DNA of 64,000 nucleotides from Candidatus Bathyarchaeota archaeon (GCA_963807605.1 CAWECG010000002.1:24779-88778); one strand, 5' to 3'; shown: positions 22,057 to 33,378, counted from the first letter of the stretch. Notes: generated by a model not told the origin, from the sequence alone. Translations and numbers: made by a program.

Positions 22057-22518
22057 TTGTTAAGATGGCTGCTGCATATAACAACTTATGAAGACTATCG
22101 ATGGAGTTGTGAAATTTCGGCAAAGGAGAAGGCGGTCGTAACTATACAGAATGTTGTCGCCACGGCAAATCTAAAACAACGCCTAGACCTAGATATCATT
22201 GCGCGATTATTTCCTGGAACTGAGTATCGACCAGAACAATTTCCAGGGCTTGTTTTCAGATTGAAGAAACCGAAGACCGCGACACTCCTTTTCAGCTCTG
22301 GAAAGATGGTTTGCACCGGGTCCAAGTCAGAACGGCAGGCAAAAAGAGCAGTGACAAATATCGCGGCTGAACTCAAGAAAAATGGAATGGTAATCGTTGG
22401 CAGACCCGACATTCAGGTACAGAACGTTGTAGCTTCAGGCGGACTAGGCGGCTCCATCGACCTGGATAAGACTACGTATTCACTGAAGAAGACGCAACAA
22501 AAGAGGCAGAAAAGATAA
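22057..22518 (+). pseudogene. tbp: TATA-binding protein truncated early in the second repeat
   Basis: IQNVVAT, YRPEQFPGLVFRL, FSSGKMVCTG, then QNVVASG; the ORF ends before the second YEPEQFPGL. Confidence 0.85.
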
Positions 22519-23013
22519 AGAAACTATACCCCAAAGCCAAACTCCTCACCCCATCCCAATACGTGTGGATACGCACGATTGCCAAGCTTTTGGACTAAGA
22601 TCCTTTGAAGGTGAGGAGTTGGAGCAGGACGAGATCCGCACCATACTAGCAGCCTCAACAGAAGAAGCAAGAAGCTGGAATCTCAAGAGTAAATTATTAT
22701 AAGGATACTGAAACGCTTTTTTATCCTGATTTTTTTCAAATCTCTATATATCTAACTATTTATCTAACCTATCATCTTACAATTTCCTGCAGTAGTAGGA
22801 CATTCAAACACCCTATACACACCCTACATATGTAGTACCCTTTACATTCACAGAAACGGTGGGGGTGGGTATGGCGGTTCTGGTAGCTGTAAGTGCTGTC
22901 CTGTTTTGATACCTTTTTTCAGCTCAAAACAAGCACTAAGATCTAATAATAATGCCACATATGGTCTACACTAGGAGTTGCCCACTCTCCGTCAGGCGGA
23001 ATTTTTTGGTTTT

Positions 23014-24528
23014 TCACCTGTCTTCTTGTGATAGTTTGCTGAGTCCTGCTAGAGCTTTCTTGGTCTCTTTTGTGAGTTTGAATTCAGCTTCCTCTTCAGT
23101 CTTGACATGAGGTTCTTGTGTTTTTTTCTCTTCTTGTGCGAGGTAGGATTCTATTTTTTTCTGTTTTTCTTTTGTTTCTGGGGTGTGGAGTCTTCTGCGT
23201 ATGAGTATTTTGCTGTTTATGTTCTGGACCATTTCCCATCCATTATTCAGGTACTTTTCCAGCTTGTCTTCTGTGACGAGTTTGCTTTCATATTTCTGTT
23301 CTTCATCTTCGTGTGGTGGTCTCTCTCTGAGTATTGAGAGTTCGTTTTCATAGAGTGCTATCTCCTCCTCTATCGTGAGTTCCCTATTGATTCCTGTTAC
23401 TTTGCCGATTTTGGCATCTAACAAGTCTATTCCTGCATTTTTTGCAAGGGATTTTAAGACTGCTAGTTGTGTTCGTTTGACAACTTCGCTTTGATCCGAG
23501 ATTGTATTTGTGGTACCTAGATAGGATTCGCATGCTTGATATTGTGATCGCATAACATCGATCATGTCGGGGGGTAGTCTTCCTTTCTCCGTGCTGTATG
23601 TAGCTTCGATGTCGCCCTTATGCCCGGCAAAGAATTGAAGATATGGGTGGGTGATCTTTCCTTTACTCTCTGCGATGGTAAGCTGTGTCTCAGCGTAATG
23701 TCTCAAAACGTAGGGTCTCTTTTTGACCCCTGCATCTCTCATGTACTTTCTTATGAGGGTTCCAATCCGCCTTGTCGAAATAAACTGATTCTTTTTATTG
23801 CCGGGCTTTTCGAATCCCATCACTGGAGACTCTGGAGTTAGTTTCTCACCGGCTCGTAGACGTTGTTCAAGGTATTCTTTGAGGAGGTTACATCCTTCTT
23901 GAAACAGGAATGTAAAATATGGCTTTCTGGTCTTGCTTAGCATAAATCTAACTTTGACCATAGTAGGGATCTTCTCGAAGGTTACCTGTCCATTCTCAAT
24001 CTTGAGTTCAGGTAAGTCACCAATAGTTAGTCCATCGTCTCCGTGGAAATTTCCAATGACTTCAGGTCTTAGATCTGCGAATGCCATTAGAGCCTCAGCA
24101 AATCGTATTCTTGGTGGGGAAGCATGCAGTATCCTGGTCAGTTCTTCCTTGGTTGGGACCTGTTCATTAGCAATTGTTGGGGTAGCGCTTGCGTTGCTGA
24201 CCTTTATCGTTCTGGTCATAGCGATGTTGTTGTATTTCATCCATGATTTTACAGCCTTCTGGAGTGATATGATGTATTGTGGTGATTTCTTTTGTTCTTC
24301 CAGTTTTGTAACCATGTCTTCAAGTGAGTCTTGAAATTTATCCATATCCTTCTTCGCAGAATTCACCATCTGTTTTGGTGTTTTGTTGATAAGTTCACAT
24401 ATCTTTCCAATCTGTCGCCATTTCACTTCAGCTGTTATCTTACTTCCACGTCCAAGATTACCAAGCCAACGGCGTACCTTCTCGTCCTTAAGCAGATGAG
24501 CATGTTTCATACCAGGTTTCGTTTTCAA
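23014..24528 (-). CDS. Tyrosine recombinase/integrase
   Basis: LRPE, RPYVLRHY, FFAGH..DIEATY catalytic motifs. Confidence 0.85.
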   Translation of the reverse strand: MKTKPGMKHAHLLKDEKVRRWLGNLGRGSKITAEVKWRQIGKICELINKTPKQMVNSAKKDMDKFQDSLEDMVTKLEEQKKSPQYIISLQKAVKSWMKYNNIAMTRTIKVSNASATPTIANEQVPTKEELTRILHASPPRIRFAEALMAFADLRPEVIGNFHGDDGLTIGDLPELKIENGQVTFEKIPTMVKVRFMLSKTRKPYFTFLFQEGCNLLKEYLEQRLRAGEKLTPESPVMGFEKPGNKKNQFISTRRIGTLIRKYMRDAGVKKRPYVLRHYAETQLTIAESKGKITHPYLQFFAGHKGDIEATYSTEKGRLPPDMIDVMRSQYQACESYLGTTNTISDQSEVVKRTQLAVLKSLAKNAGIDLLDAKIGKVTGINRELTIEEEIALYENELSILRERPPHEDEEQKYESKLVTEDKLEKYLNNGWEMVQNINSKILIRRRLHTPETKEKQKKIESYLAQEEKKTQEPHVKTEEEAEFKLTKETKKALAGLSKLSQEDR

Positions 24529-24753
24529 AGCTGTTCAACATACATTAAACGTTCACATATATAGGTGTTTGTATGAATAAAGGTGTAAACCCATTAGTGT
24601 TTGAACGAAATCTTCCAAGTAGACAGAAAATCTTGCCGATATTAATGTATTCCCCAGTTGAACTTGTGCACGAGACTCTTAGGCTCTTTTTGCGCATAAC
24701 ATTTTAGTGTCAAGAAAAATTCGAGATAACTAGAGCAGGAAATGACTCGCCAC

Positions 24754-25329
24754 TTAGGAGGTATGAGTCTGATCGACGAATACGGCCTCAACAAGATTCT
24801 TGATTATTCTTGCAGTTGCCCCCCAAATCACACGTTGCGGCAGGTCATAATAGTAGACTGGGCAGGGCTTTCCGTGCCGGACAACATATCCGACCCGTGG
24901 CAGCTTCCTGAGCTCACTGAGAGGAGTAAACACCAACTCGCTGACCTCTCTCCTGTTAATCTTGAAATCATACGGATATGGTATCCTCCCGACGAAAGGA
25001 GTTATCAAAAAGCCTGTAGTACTTTCGTAATCATCAAGCTCCCCCAAGAACTGAATATCGTTCTTTAGAACACCAAGCTCTTCTAGTAACTCGCGCAGGA
25101 CAGTGCCTTTCAGAGTTATATCCTGCGCCTCGAATCCTCCGCCTGGAAATGATATCTGTCCAGGATGGTTCTTCAATTCTTTAGGCCTCTTTGTGAAGAG
25201 GAGGTAGTATTCGTCGGCGTTTCTCAGTAGTGGAACTAAAACGGCCGCCCGAACTAGATTTCGCGGTTCCAGAGCTAGCCTCTTCCGGTTTGCTAGAATT
25301 TCTGCAATTCTCGTCTCAAGACCGCTCAT
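24754..25329 (-). CDS. Nudix hydrolase, CoA pyrophosphatase family
   Basis: AAVLVPL, HPGQISFPGG, LRELLEELG, IWGATA. Confidence 0.9.
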   Translation of the reverse strand: MSGLETRIAEILANRKRLALEPRNLVRAAVLVPLLRNADEYYLLFTKRPKELKNHPGQISFPGGGFEAQDITLKGTVLRELLEELGVLKNDIQFLGELDDYESTTGFLITPFVGRIPYPYDFKINRREVSELVFTPLSELRKLPRVGYVVRHGKPCPVYYYDLPQRVIWGATARIIKNLVEAVFVDQTHTS

Positions 25330-25407
25330 CGAAACGCCCTTTCTCTATTAGTTCGGCCGATCTCTACGTCCTTGTGACTTATTTCCATTCATGATTTATA
25401 GAAAATG

Positions 25408-26724
<1,317 letters not shown>

Positions 26725-26857
26725 GTAATTCTTGAACTCATTCCTTCGGGTGAAAAGAAAGTCTGTTGATTAGGTTTGCTGTTTTAAGCTGGACTCAGAC
26801 GGGTTAACAATAAAGAGATATTTGGGATGAATAATCTTAGAGTTGATGGGGTAGCAT

Positions 26858-27773
26858 ATGCGTGTGCTCAAGATAGCTTTACCTAAGGGGCACCTTTGGG
26901 ATGCGGTGAAGGCCCTTCTTGACCGATCCGGTTACAATCTTTCAATAAAGGGTGAGCGCTCATACATGGTCGAGTCCAGAGACTTGGAACTAGAATGGCG
27001 AGTACATAGAGCCCAGAATATCAGCCTCTTGGTTGAGCAGGGAAGATACGATTCTTGGAATAACTGGTCTCGACTGGGTTCTGGAGCCACAAGCCGATGT
27101 TGAAGAGTTGACTGATCTTAAGATTGGCAGAGTCGATGTCGTCGCTGCTGCGCCTGAAAGGTATGGACTCAATGAGAACCTAGGCCCAAGAGTCTTCTCG
27201 AATTTCGAAGATAAGATGCGTCAGGAGAAGAAGGAGAGGGTAGTAGTAGCCTCCGAGTATGAGAATCTCACAAGAAGCCTTTTTGACACGCATATGCCGA
27301 AGATGGCTTATCGATTCATACGGTCATACGGTGCGACAGAGACATTTATCGAGGTGGCGGATCTCATAGTCGACTGTACCGAGACAGGCGTCACCCTTAA
27401 GGAGAATGGGTGGGCAATCATTCATAGACTCTTCGAATCTACTGCACGAATAATAGCAAACAAGGGAACTATGAAGAACTCTTGGAAGAAAGAGAAGGTT
27501 GAGGCGATACTGTCGCTTATTGAGGGTGCCAGAGATGCCAAAGGCCTTAGGTTGCTTAAGATGAATGTCCCAGAAAGCTCGATGAGCAAGATCATGAGCG
27601 TCCTTCCAGCTATGAAAAGCCCAACAATCTCCAAACTCTATGGTGAGGGGGAAGCGGGTTATGCCGTTGAAGTTGCTGTTGATGAGGCGCAGATCGTTCA
27701 GCTTATCCCGCAGCTCAAGAGAAATGGTGCGACAGATATTCTTGAACTTCAAATAGAAAAAGTCGTAAGGTAA
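26858..27773 (+). CDS. hisG: ATP phosphoribosyltransferase (long form), frameshifted near 27052
   Basis: KIALPKG, GRYD/LGITGLDW, SYGATE, DCTETG.TL..NG and C-terminal LPAMKSPTIS..GATDIL. Confidence 0.9.
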
Positions 27774-27929
27774 GCTTGGAATCAGAACTCTGCTTCTTTC
27801 CTAACAAGGGCGAAGTCCTCGATATTGAAAACTCGGTACTCTACGGATTCAACATAGTGTTATGAACAGGGCGGTGGCTTACTGTTAGGGACAGAAAGAA
27901 TAAAATGCTAGACGGCATATCTATCCTGT

Positions 27930-28265
27930 GTGACTCGTATGAGCTATTATGATCCTGGCTATTGGAGACGTTTCGGCCGCTACAATCCGTACACTGACCC
28001 GTATACTCAACCGTATACTCAACCGTATACTCAACCGTATACTCAACCGTATACTCAACCGTATACTCAACCGTATACTCAACCGTATACTGAACCATAT
28101 CCCACAATATATCCCGCACCCACAATACAACCCTACAAGCCGGCTGACCCCCTTGAACAGTTGGGCCTTGGTAAGAGAACCATGGTGGCTTCATGTGCCT
28201 ACTGTGGAACTCTAATCTCAGCTGATTTACAATTCTGTCCTCAATGCGGAGCACAAAGGTTCTAA
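27930..28265 (+). CDS. PYTQ-repeat protein with C-terminal Zn ribbon
   Basis: (PYTQ)7 followed by CAYCG..FCPQCG. Confidence 0.7.
   Translation: MTRMSYYDPGYWRRFGRYNPYTDPYTQPYTQPYTQPYTQPYTQPYTQPYTQPYTEPYPTIYPAPTIQPYKPADPLEQLGLGKRTMVASCAYCGTLISADLQFCPQCGAQRF
27987..28094 (+). repeat. 12-bp tandem repeat CCGTATACTCAA
   Basis: Seven exact copies at 27999-28082 with one variant unit on each side. Confidence 0.95.
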
Positions 28266-28514
28266 GGAGGTTCCCTTACGGCTGCAAACCTCAAACTGAT
28301 CGAGATCAACGGTGAACAGTACATCTTCGAACATATAATTGCTCAGCCTAACTGAGGCTGACACCAATCATATTAATTCCCAAGAACCAGTAGGAGCCGT
28401 AGGCCTCCACAATCCCTCATTATACCGAGCCAATCTTTTTATCCTCAGAAGGCTTGCGTTTCAGACCTTAATGTCTATTGGCTTGCAAGAATAGAAAGGC
28501 CGTAACGCAACACA

Positions 28515-28520
28515 TTTATT
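28515..28520 (+). promoter_or_regulatory. Putative TATA box of the tRNA-Tyr gene
   Basis: TTTATT about 25 nt upstream of 28545. Confidence 0.45.
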
Positions 28521-28557
28521 TGGATTCTTGTTTGAGTGACCTCTGGGTCCCGCGGAT

Positions 28558-28771
28558 CCCGCGGTAAGATGTAAATCAACATCCCGTAAGCTCAGCTTGG
28601 TAGAGCTTCCGATCACGCCAATAACGTGAGGAGACGCTGTAGAGTTGCACCTAGTGTGCGACCGTTCAGCCTATCAGGCTAACACAGATACCGGAGTGTC
28701 GCTGGAGAGCCCAAAGGACTCGGCGAATTCAAAATAGGCAGTTGCCTATGAAACTCCGGCCCGCGGGACCA
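28558..28771 (+). tRNA. tRNA-Tyr: tRNA-Tyr(GUA) with five introns: 28567-28589, 28612-28635, 28643-28689, 28706-28727, 28734-28754
   Basis: Removing five BHB-bounded segments gives a 77-nt cloverleaf CCCGCGG TA GCTC AGCTTGGTA GAGC T TCCGG CTGTAGA CCGGA GTGTC GCTGG TTCAAAT CCGGC CCGCGGG ACCA, with the archaeal Tyr identity elements C1-G72 and A73. Confidence 0.93.
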
Positions 28772-28933
28772 CACCCTTCTTAATGTAAGAACCATCTCAG
28801 CCACAGCACGTGAATTCTGACCAAGGTTCTCCGTCAATTGTCATCTCGCCATCCGAAGAAGCGCGCCGGTCTAGATCTTCCTGCAACAATAAGCTGGGGC
28901 AGCACAAAACGTTTTGATCCAGTGTTAGGAGTG

Positions 28934-28975
28934 TGGCGGGCCCGGTGGTACTCGCATTCAATCAAGTGCGAGTAC
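28934..28975 (-). mobile_element. tRNA-Arg-like 3'-end fragment (att-like) fused to a hairpin
   Basis: Minus strand CCACCGGGCCCGCCA; adjacent inverted repeat GTACTCGCA/TGCGAGTAC. Confidence 0.45.
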
Positions 28976-29703
28976 TGAATTTGGCTTCTCGCGCGAAACC
29001 TTTTGCATTAACTAGTCGGAGCGGCCATATATAATAAGCGCATTTTTGAACAGTTTCAACCTGCTCATGCAAAGCAACCGAATCCAAACAACTCAAGCGC
29101 CCGTGGAAGTCTAATCTGCAAGGCGTTCCGTTGCATGCGTTGATGCCTATAAAAAGATAGAAACCGGTTTTCTAGATTAAGCCGTTTTGACTTGGTAGTT
29201 TCCTGAGCAATATCAGGTAGAGGCAGATGGCAGAAGGGGAATGGGGCCCGAGCATACTAGACAAACTAGAGGACGTGTTCGACTACGTCAAGAGACATCC
29301 GAGATACTAAAGCAACTAAATGGTGGGGGTCGTCTGATCAGATCTTCTAAACATTTCTTGACAACTATCTTGAAATTGGAATGCTTGGCGATCGTTACGC
29401 TACAACAATCATATCCCATAACACAATACAGCCATGCTTGGCTGGACACTATGGTGGCTCTACCGAATCATACTGTTATCAGTTACGTAATATGCACCAA
29501 TAGCACAAATGACACAAATCAGACCAATGACACAGGCAGCGCGCCGATTGCCTGTCTGTCCTTTTTGATACCGGTCACTATCATATCTAATCCGCTTGCT
29601 GGCATACACAATCACCTCCGTTATTGTATGACGCTATTTAATATACGCTATAAACCTAAGACTTATATATCTGTCATTCACTCTACTGATAATTTGAGAA
29701 ACA

Positions 29704-30030
29704 ATGGTACTCGATCTACTTGATAAGGAACTCAAGTTTATACCTGAAGAGGAACTACCTGGAAAGGTTAAGAAGAAATCTGGTGAGTGGCTCAGGTTTC
29801 TAACAAAGATACCAAAGGGTCAAGCTCTAGTGGTATCGGAGAAAGAATTAGGAGTTAAAGCCGCTTCACTAAAGTCCATGGTTAATCGACTGGTAAGGAA
29901 TAGAGCATTACCTCCAACCTATTATGTTACGCAGCGTACTACTGACGATAAGACGACAATCTACGTAGTTAACTCTGCACAGAGAGGATCTAGGGAGAAA
30001 GGGAAACACTCCACAGTGACATTATCATGA
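29704..30030 (+). CDS. Small basic putative DNA-binding protein
   Basis: 108-aa ORF with HTH-like KELGVKAASLKSMVNRL; TATA-like TTATAT upstream. Confidence 0.55.
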   Translation: MVLDLLDKELKFIPEEELPGKVKKKSGEWLRFLTKIPKGQALVVSEKELGVKAASLKSMVNRLVRNRALPPTYYVTQRTTDDKTTIYVVNSAQRGSREKGKHSTVTLS

Positions 30031-30125
30031 ATCTAGAGGATATTTTAGTTATGATAAATTTATATGCGGATAAGACATAAGTGTAGTTAACGGAGCTTCA
30101 GATGTTGTTAATTGTTCAACAAAAT

Positions 30126-30270
30126 GGTCATGGCTCTAGAAAGTCAGGATGAGAGGGGTCTTACCCTAGCTTCAGTGGACGAAGGGGGATAAGAGTGTAT
30201 GCTTCTCATTCTGGTCTAGCTTAGCCATGACCTTAACGCTACGGTATCCACTGTAGCGTAACACCCTTTT
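30126..30270 (+). ncRNA. Candidate structured ncRNA (long hairpin plus second hairpin)
   Basis: Nested stems GGTCATGGCT/AGCCATGACC, CTAGA/TCTAG, CAGGATGAGAGG/CTTCTCATTCTG, TCTTACCC/GGGATAAGA, CTTC/GAAG; then ACGCTACGG/CTGTAGCGT. Confidence 0.5.
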
Positions 30271-30362
30271 GATGTGCGTGATCTGTCTTATAATATTTTC
30301 TGCAATTACCGGGTTCTGTCAAGTCCTTATCGGTTGCCTTGGTTTCTCCTTGTTGTCAACTT

Positions 30363-31019
30363 TCATCGGGTTGGCTCAGTTAATGCCTTGAGAAGTTGGT
30401 ATTCAGCAACGACATCACCGATTGCATATTCATAAAAGAGAGTATTCTTTTGTCCTCCACTCCCAACAAATTCTAGGTACGCATCGAAGATAGCGTGACC
30501 CCCCGCTATCTTGTCGAGAACGTACTCACGTGCAAACTTAGGGCCCCATCCCTTATTCTTCACGAGGTCTTCGGTCTTGGTGTGAGCTTGAGCCTTGATG
30601 TCTGGCCTGACTTTGTACTTTTCGGCTTTCTCACTCATTTTTAGTTTGTGGGGAACGTCAATCCCGCACTTTGCACATACTTCTTCAAGCCTATGTTTCT
30701 TCATCTTATTGAGTTCAGTCACTTTGGGTGTTTCACACAGTTCGAAGATGTTTGATTCGGGTATTTCGACTCCTAGAAATCGCTTTAGGAGTGGAATGTC
30801 GAACTCCTTGACGTTATATCCCGCGAAGATATGCCCTTGAGATAACAAAGATGCTATTCGCTTCTCGCCCATTGCCAAAGTCCATTGCGGATCTTTTGAA
30901 TCATCATAGTATAATTCCTGTTTGATGGCATCCCCTAGCTGAATTGATAAGATTTGTTCATTATCTTTCATAACATCCGAGCCCAAATTCTTGGTTTCAA
31001 TGTCCAATACGACATACAT
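30363..31019 (-). CDS. DEDD/RNase H-like 3'-5' exonuclease
   Basis: LDIET (ExoI), GYNVKEFD (ExoII), YAIGD (ExoIII). Confidence 0.75.
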   Translation of the reverse strand: MYVVLDIETKNLGSDVMKDNEQILSIQLGDAIKQELYYDDSKDPQWTLAMGEKRIASLLSQGHIFAGYNVKEFDIPLLKRFLGVEIPESNIFELCETPKVTELNKMKKHRLEEVCAKCGIDVPHKLKMSEKAEKYKVRPDIKAQAHTKTEDLVKNKGWGPKFAREYVLDKIAGGHAIFDAYLEFVGSGGQKNTLFYEYAIGDVVAEYQLLKALTEPTR

Positions 31020-31232
31020 AACCTACTAGCTCTCTCCTAGCCGTGGGTTGTTGTTACTCTTTGATTATCCATTCTCGAATTTGCTTTCTGCATGGTCTAT
31101 GTACTCTTCAATGGTCTTGTCCAGTTTCTTCCAGTATAAGTCACTGTGTGTGACGCCACAGATGGTGAGAGTACCCGAATTTGAATTGTTAGAATGACAA
31201 GTGTGATATCTTAGAGACGCTGATCATCCGCT

Positions 31233-31289
31233 GGTAATTAGTGTAAGGTTAAGGAACCGAACTTAATCCAAATCCCACCCTCCGCACCA
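31233..31289 (+). mobile_element. tRNA-Leu-derived att-like site, family A
   Basis: Ends in AAATCCCACCCTCCGCACCA; 51/57 identical to 54939-54995; lies immediately upstream of an integrase. Confidence 0.75.
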
Positions 31290-31346
31290 AACCTTAGGTC
31301 AAGTTTGCACGCTATTTGTATGTCTCGAGTTCAAAATTCCCTATTC

Positions 31347-32584
31347 ATGACCGCGCAGCTAGTCTCTGATATTCATCATTATGATCGAAGACTCATTGGA
31401 GCGCTCTCCATCCTAGACGGTGACGGGAAAATACTCGAGAGCAACCGCAAGAAGGTCAAAGAATTTCTCGAGTACTCCAAGCCGAGGGGCTGAGTGCACC
31501 AAGACAGGTCAGATATGTCTACGTACTCAGGAAAGTCTCGAGACTACTAGGCAAAGAATTCAAACGCACGACGAAAGATGTCTTGGCGACAGTTGTCTCC
31601 AAGCTCGAAAAGCAGGATACTTCCTACGAGACAAAGCGGTCTGAGAAGGAATGCATCAAGAGATTCTACGCGACTAAGAAACACTGAAGACTACTATCCA
31701 ACTGAAGTCAAATGGATCAAAGCCACGCGCAAGAATAACCACAAAATCCTGCCTAACATCTTCTGACTGAAGATGAAGTGAAGAAGCTTGCCGAGGCTTG
31801 CCAGAATCAGAGAGACCGAGCCCTCATACTTGTCACATATGAGACCGGCTGCAGAGTTGGAGAAATACTAACCCTGAAAGTAGGCGACATCTAATTTGAC
31901 CAGTACGGCGCCGTCATGGTTGTAAAAGGCAAGACCGGCCCTAGAAGAGTGCGAATCATCTTCACGGCTAAGGCGTTATCAGAATGGTTGAATTACCATC
32001 CAGCAAGAAAGGATCCTCAGGCGCCTTTGTGGACAAGTCTCGAATCCACCAACTCAACTAAGCCTTTCGAGTACTATGCGTTCAGGAAAATGTTGTCCGT
32101 CGTAGCTCGGAGAGTAGGCATAGACAAGCGGGTTAATACTCACTCTTTCCGGCATGCAAGAGCTTCGAATCTGGCAAACGTGCTTACGGAGGCGCAGATG
32201 AAGGAATATATCGGCTAGGTTGGCGACTCGAGAATGGCCTCAACTTGCGTGCATCTCTCTGGAAGAAACATTGACAATGCGTTACTCAACCTTAACGGCA
32301 TTAAGACAGAAGAGGAGGTCAACAAGGAAGAACACAAGTTAAGAATTAAGACGTGTTTGCGTTGTCAAGAGTCTAATTCGCCTACCAGTAGCTTCTGCTC
32401 ACGATGTGGATCCCCGCTGGACATGAAAACTGCTATGCTACTGCATGAGGAGGAGTCGAAGAGCGATAGCGTGATGGATAATCTCATCGACGATCCTGAT
32501 GTCAGAGCGCTTTTGCGGTCCAAGATGAAGGCCATGGCTACGTCAGCACATCCACTTTCATCTACTTTCTGGCTGTCTAACTAA
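31347..32584 (+). pseudogene. XerC/D-like integrase with C-terminal Zn ribbon, multiply disrupted
   Basis: RDRALI..YETGCRVGE, KGKTG.RRV, HSFRHARA; frameshifts plus in-frame TAA 31892 and TAG 32216. Confidence 0.88.
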
Positions 32585-32784
32585 CGTAGTAGGAATCCCT
32601 AGAGACTAACGCCGACAAAAAAACGGTTCAATTTCCACTCCTCTCACCAGCTAGGGCGACGACAACGACGACTCTTCCTCTACCCTTCGCTTTCACGCGT
32701 CGAAAACTGCGCCGTGCACGTCTTCTCGGTTACGACTTTGATAATCAATGAAGAGGTCTGTTTTTTCCATGACTTTCCTGCTTA

Positions 32785-33378
32785 TCATCTACTTGTATTC
32801 CATATTTTCTCGAACTCTGCCTCGTATTTTAAGGCGATGTCCGAGTTTCTTAGGATTATCATGTTTTCGTTGTTTCGGGTTTCAGCTTCTTTGCTCCAGT
32901 TGTAGCTTCCAGTTATTACGATTGATTCGTCTATGACTGCGATTTTATCGTGCATAAGGGCTGGGTTCGTGTCGTTTCTAACTTGTACCCCAGCATTCCT
33001 CAAGTCGAAGTATTCATTACCTTTTTCTTGCTCTACCCCCTCCTTCTCGAAGACAATTCTGACGTCTACGCCTCGATTCTTCGCAGAGATGAGCGCATCG
33101 CGAACATCATTGAGAGTGAAGCTGTAGATCAAGACGTGGATCGACGTGTTGGCTCTATTGATCCAGTAGATCAGTCTCTCTTTGCAGCCTCCGTTAGGTG
33201 AGAAGTAGACTTCATAGCCAGGAGGGAGATTTGATGGTTGAATGTTGGTCTCGTTTGCTGTAGAGCCTTGAATGGTCTGTGTAACCGTTTGAGTTAATGT
33301 CTGGGTGACTGTTTGGGCTTGTGGTTTTGAACTGGATCCTGCACCTATGACTAAGCCTAGAATGAACAGTATGCACAT
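32785..33378 (-). CDS. Secreted or membrane-anchored PLD-family (Nuc-like) nuclease
   Basis: YFSP, MHDKIAVID, TGSYNWS..A...N.EN; hydrophobic N-terminus. Confidence 0.88.
   Translation of the reverse strand: MCILFILGLVIGAGSSSKPQAQTVTQTLTQTVTQTIQGSTANETNIQPSNLPPGYEVYFSPNGGCKERLIYWINRANTSIHVLIYSFTLNDVRDALISAKNRGVDVRIVFEKEGVEQEKGNEYFDLRNAGVQVRNDTNPALMHDKIAVIDESIVITGSYNWSKEAETRNNENMIILRNSDIALKYEAEFEKIWNTSR

Noticed and set aside
27987-28094. Possible CRISPR array
   Set aside because: Contiguous 12-bp tandem units with no spacers, in frame within a CDS; no cas genes in the window.
28643-28689. Sixth, nested intron inside the 47-nt anticodon intron
   Set aside because: It has two hairpins, but I could not build a valid 4-bp BHB helix for an inner intron.
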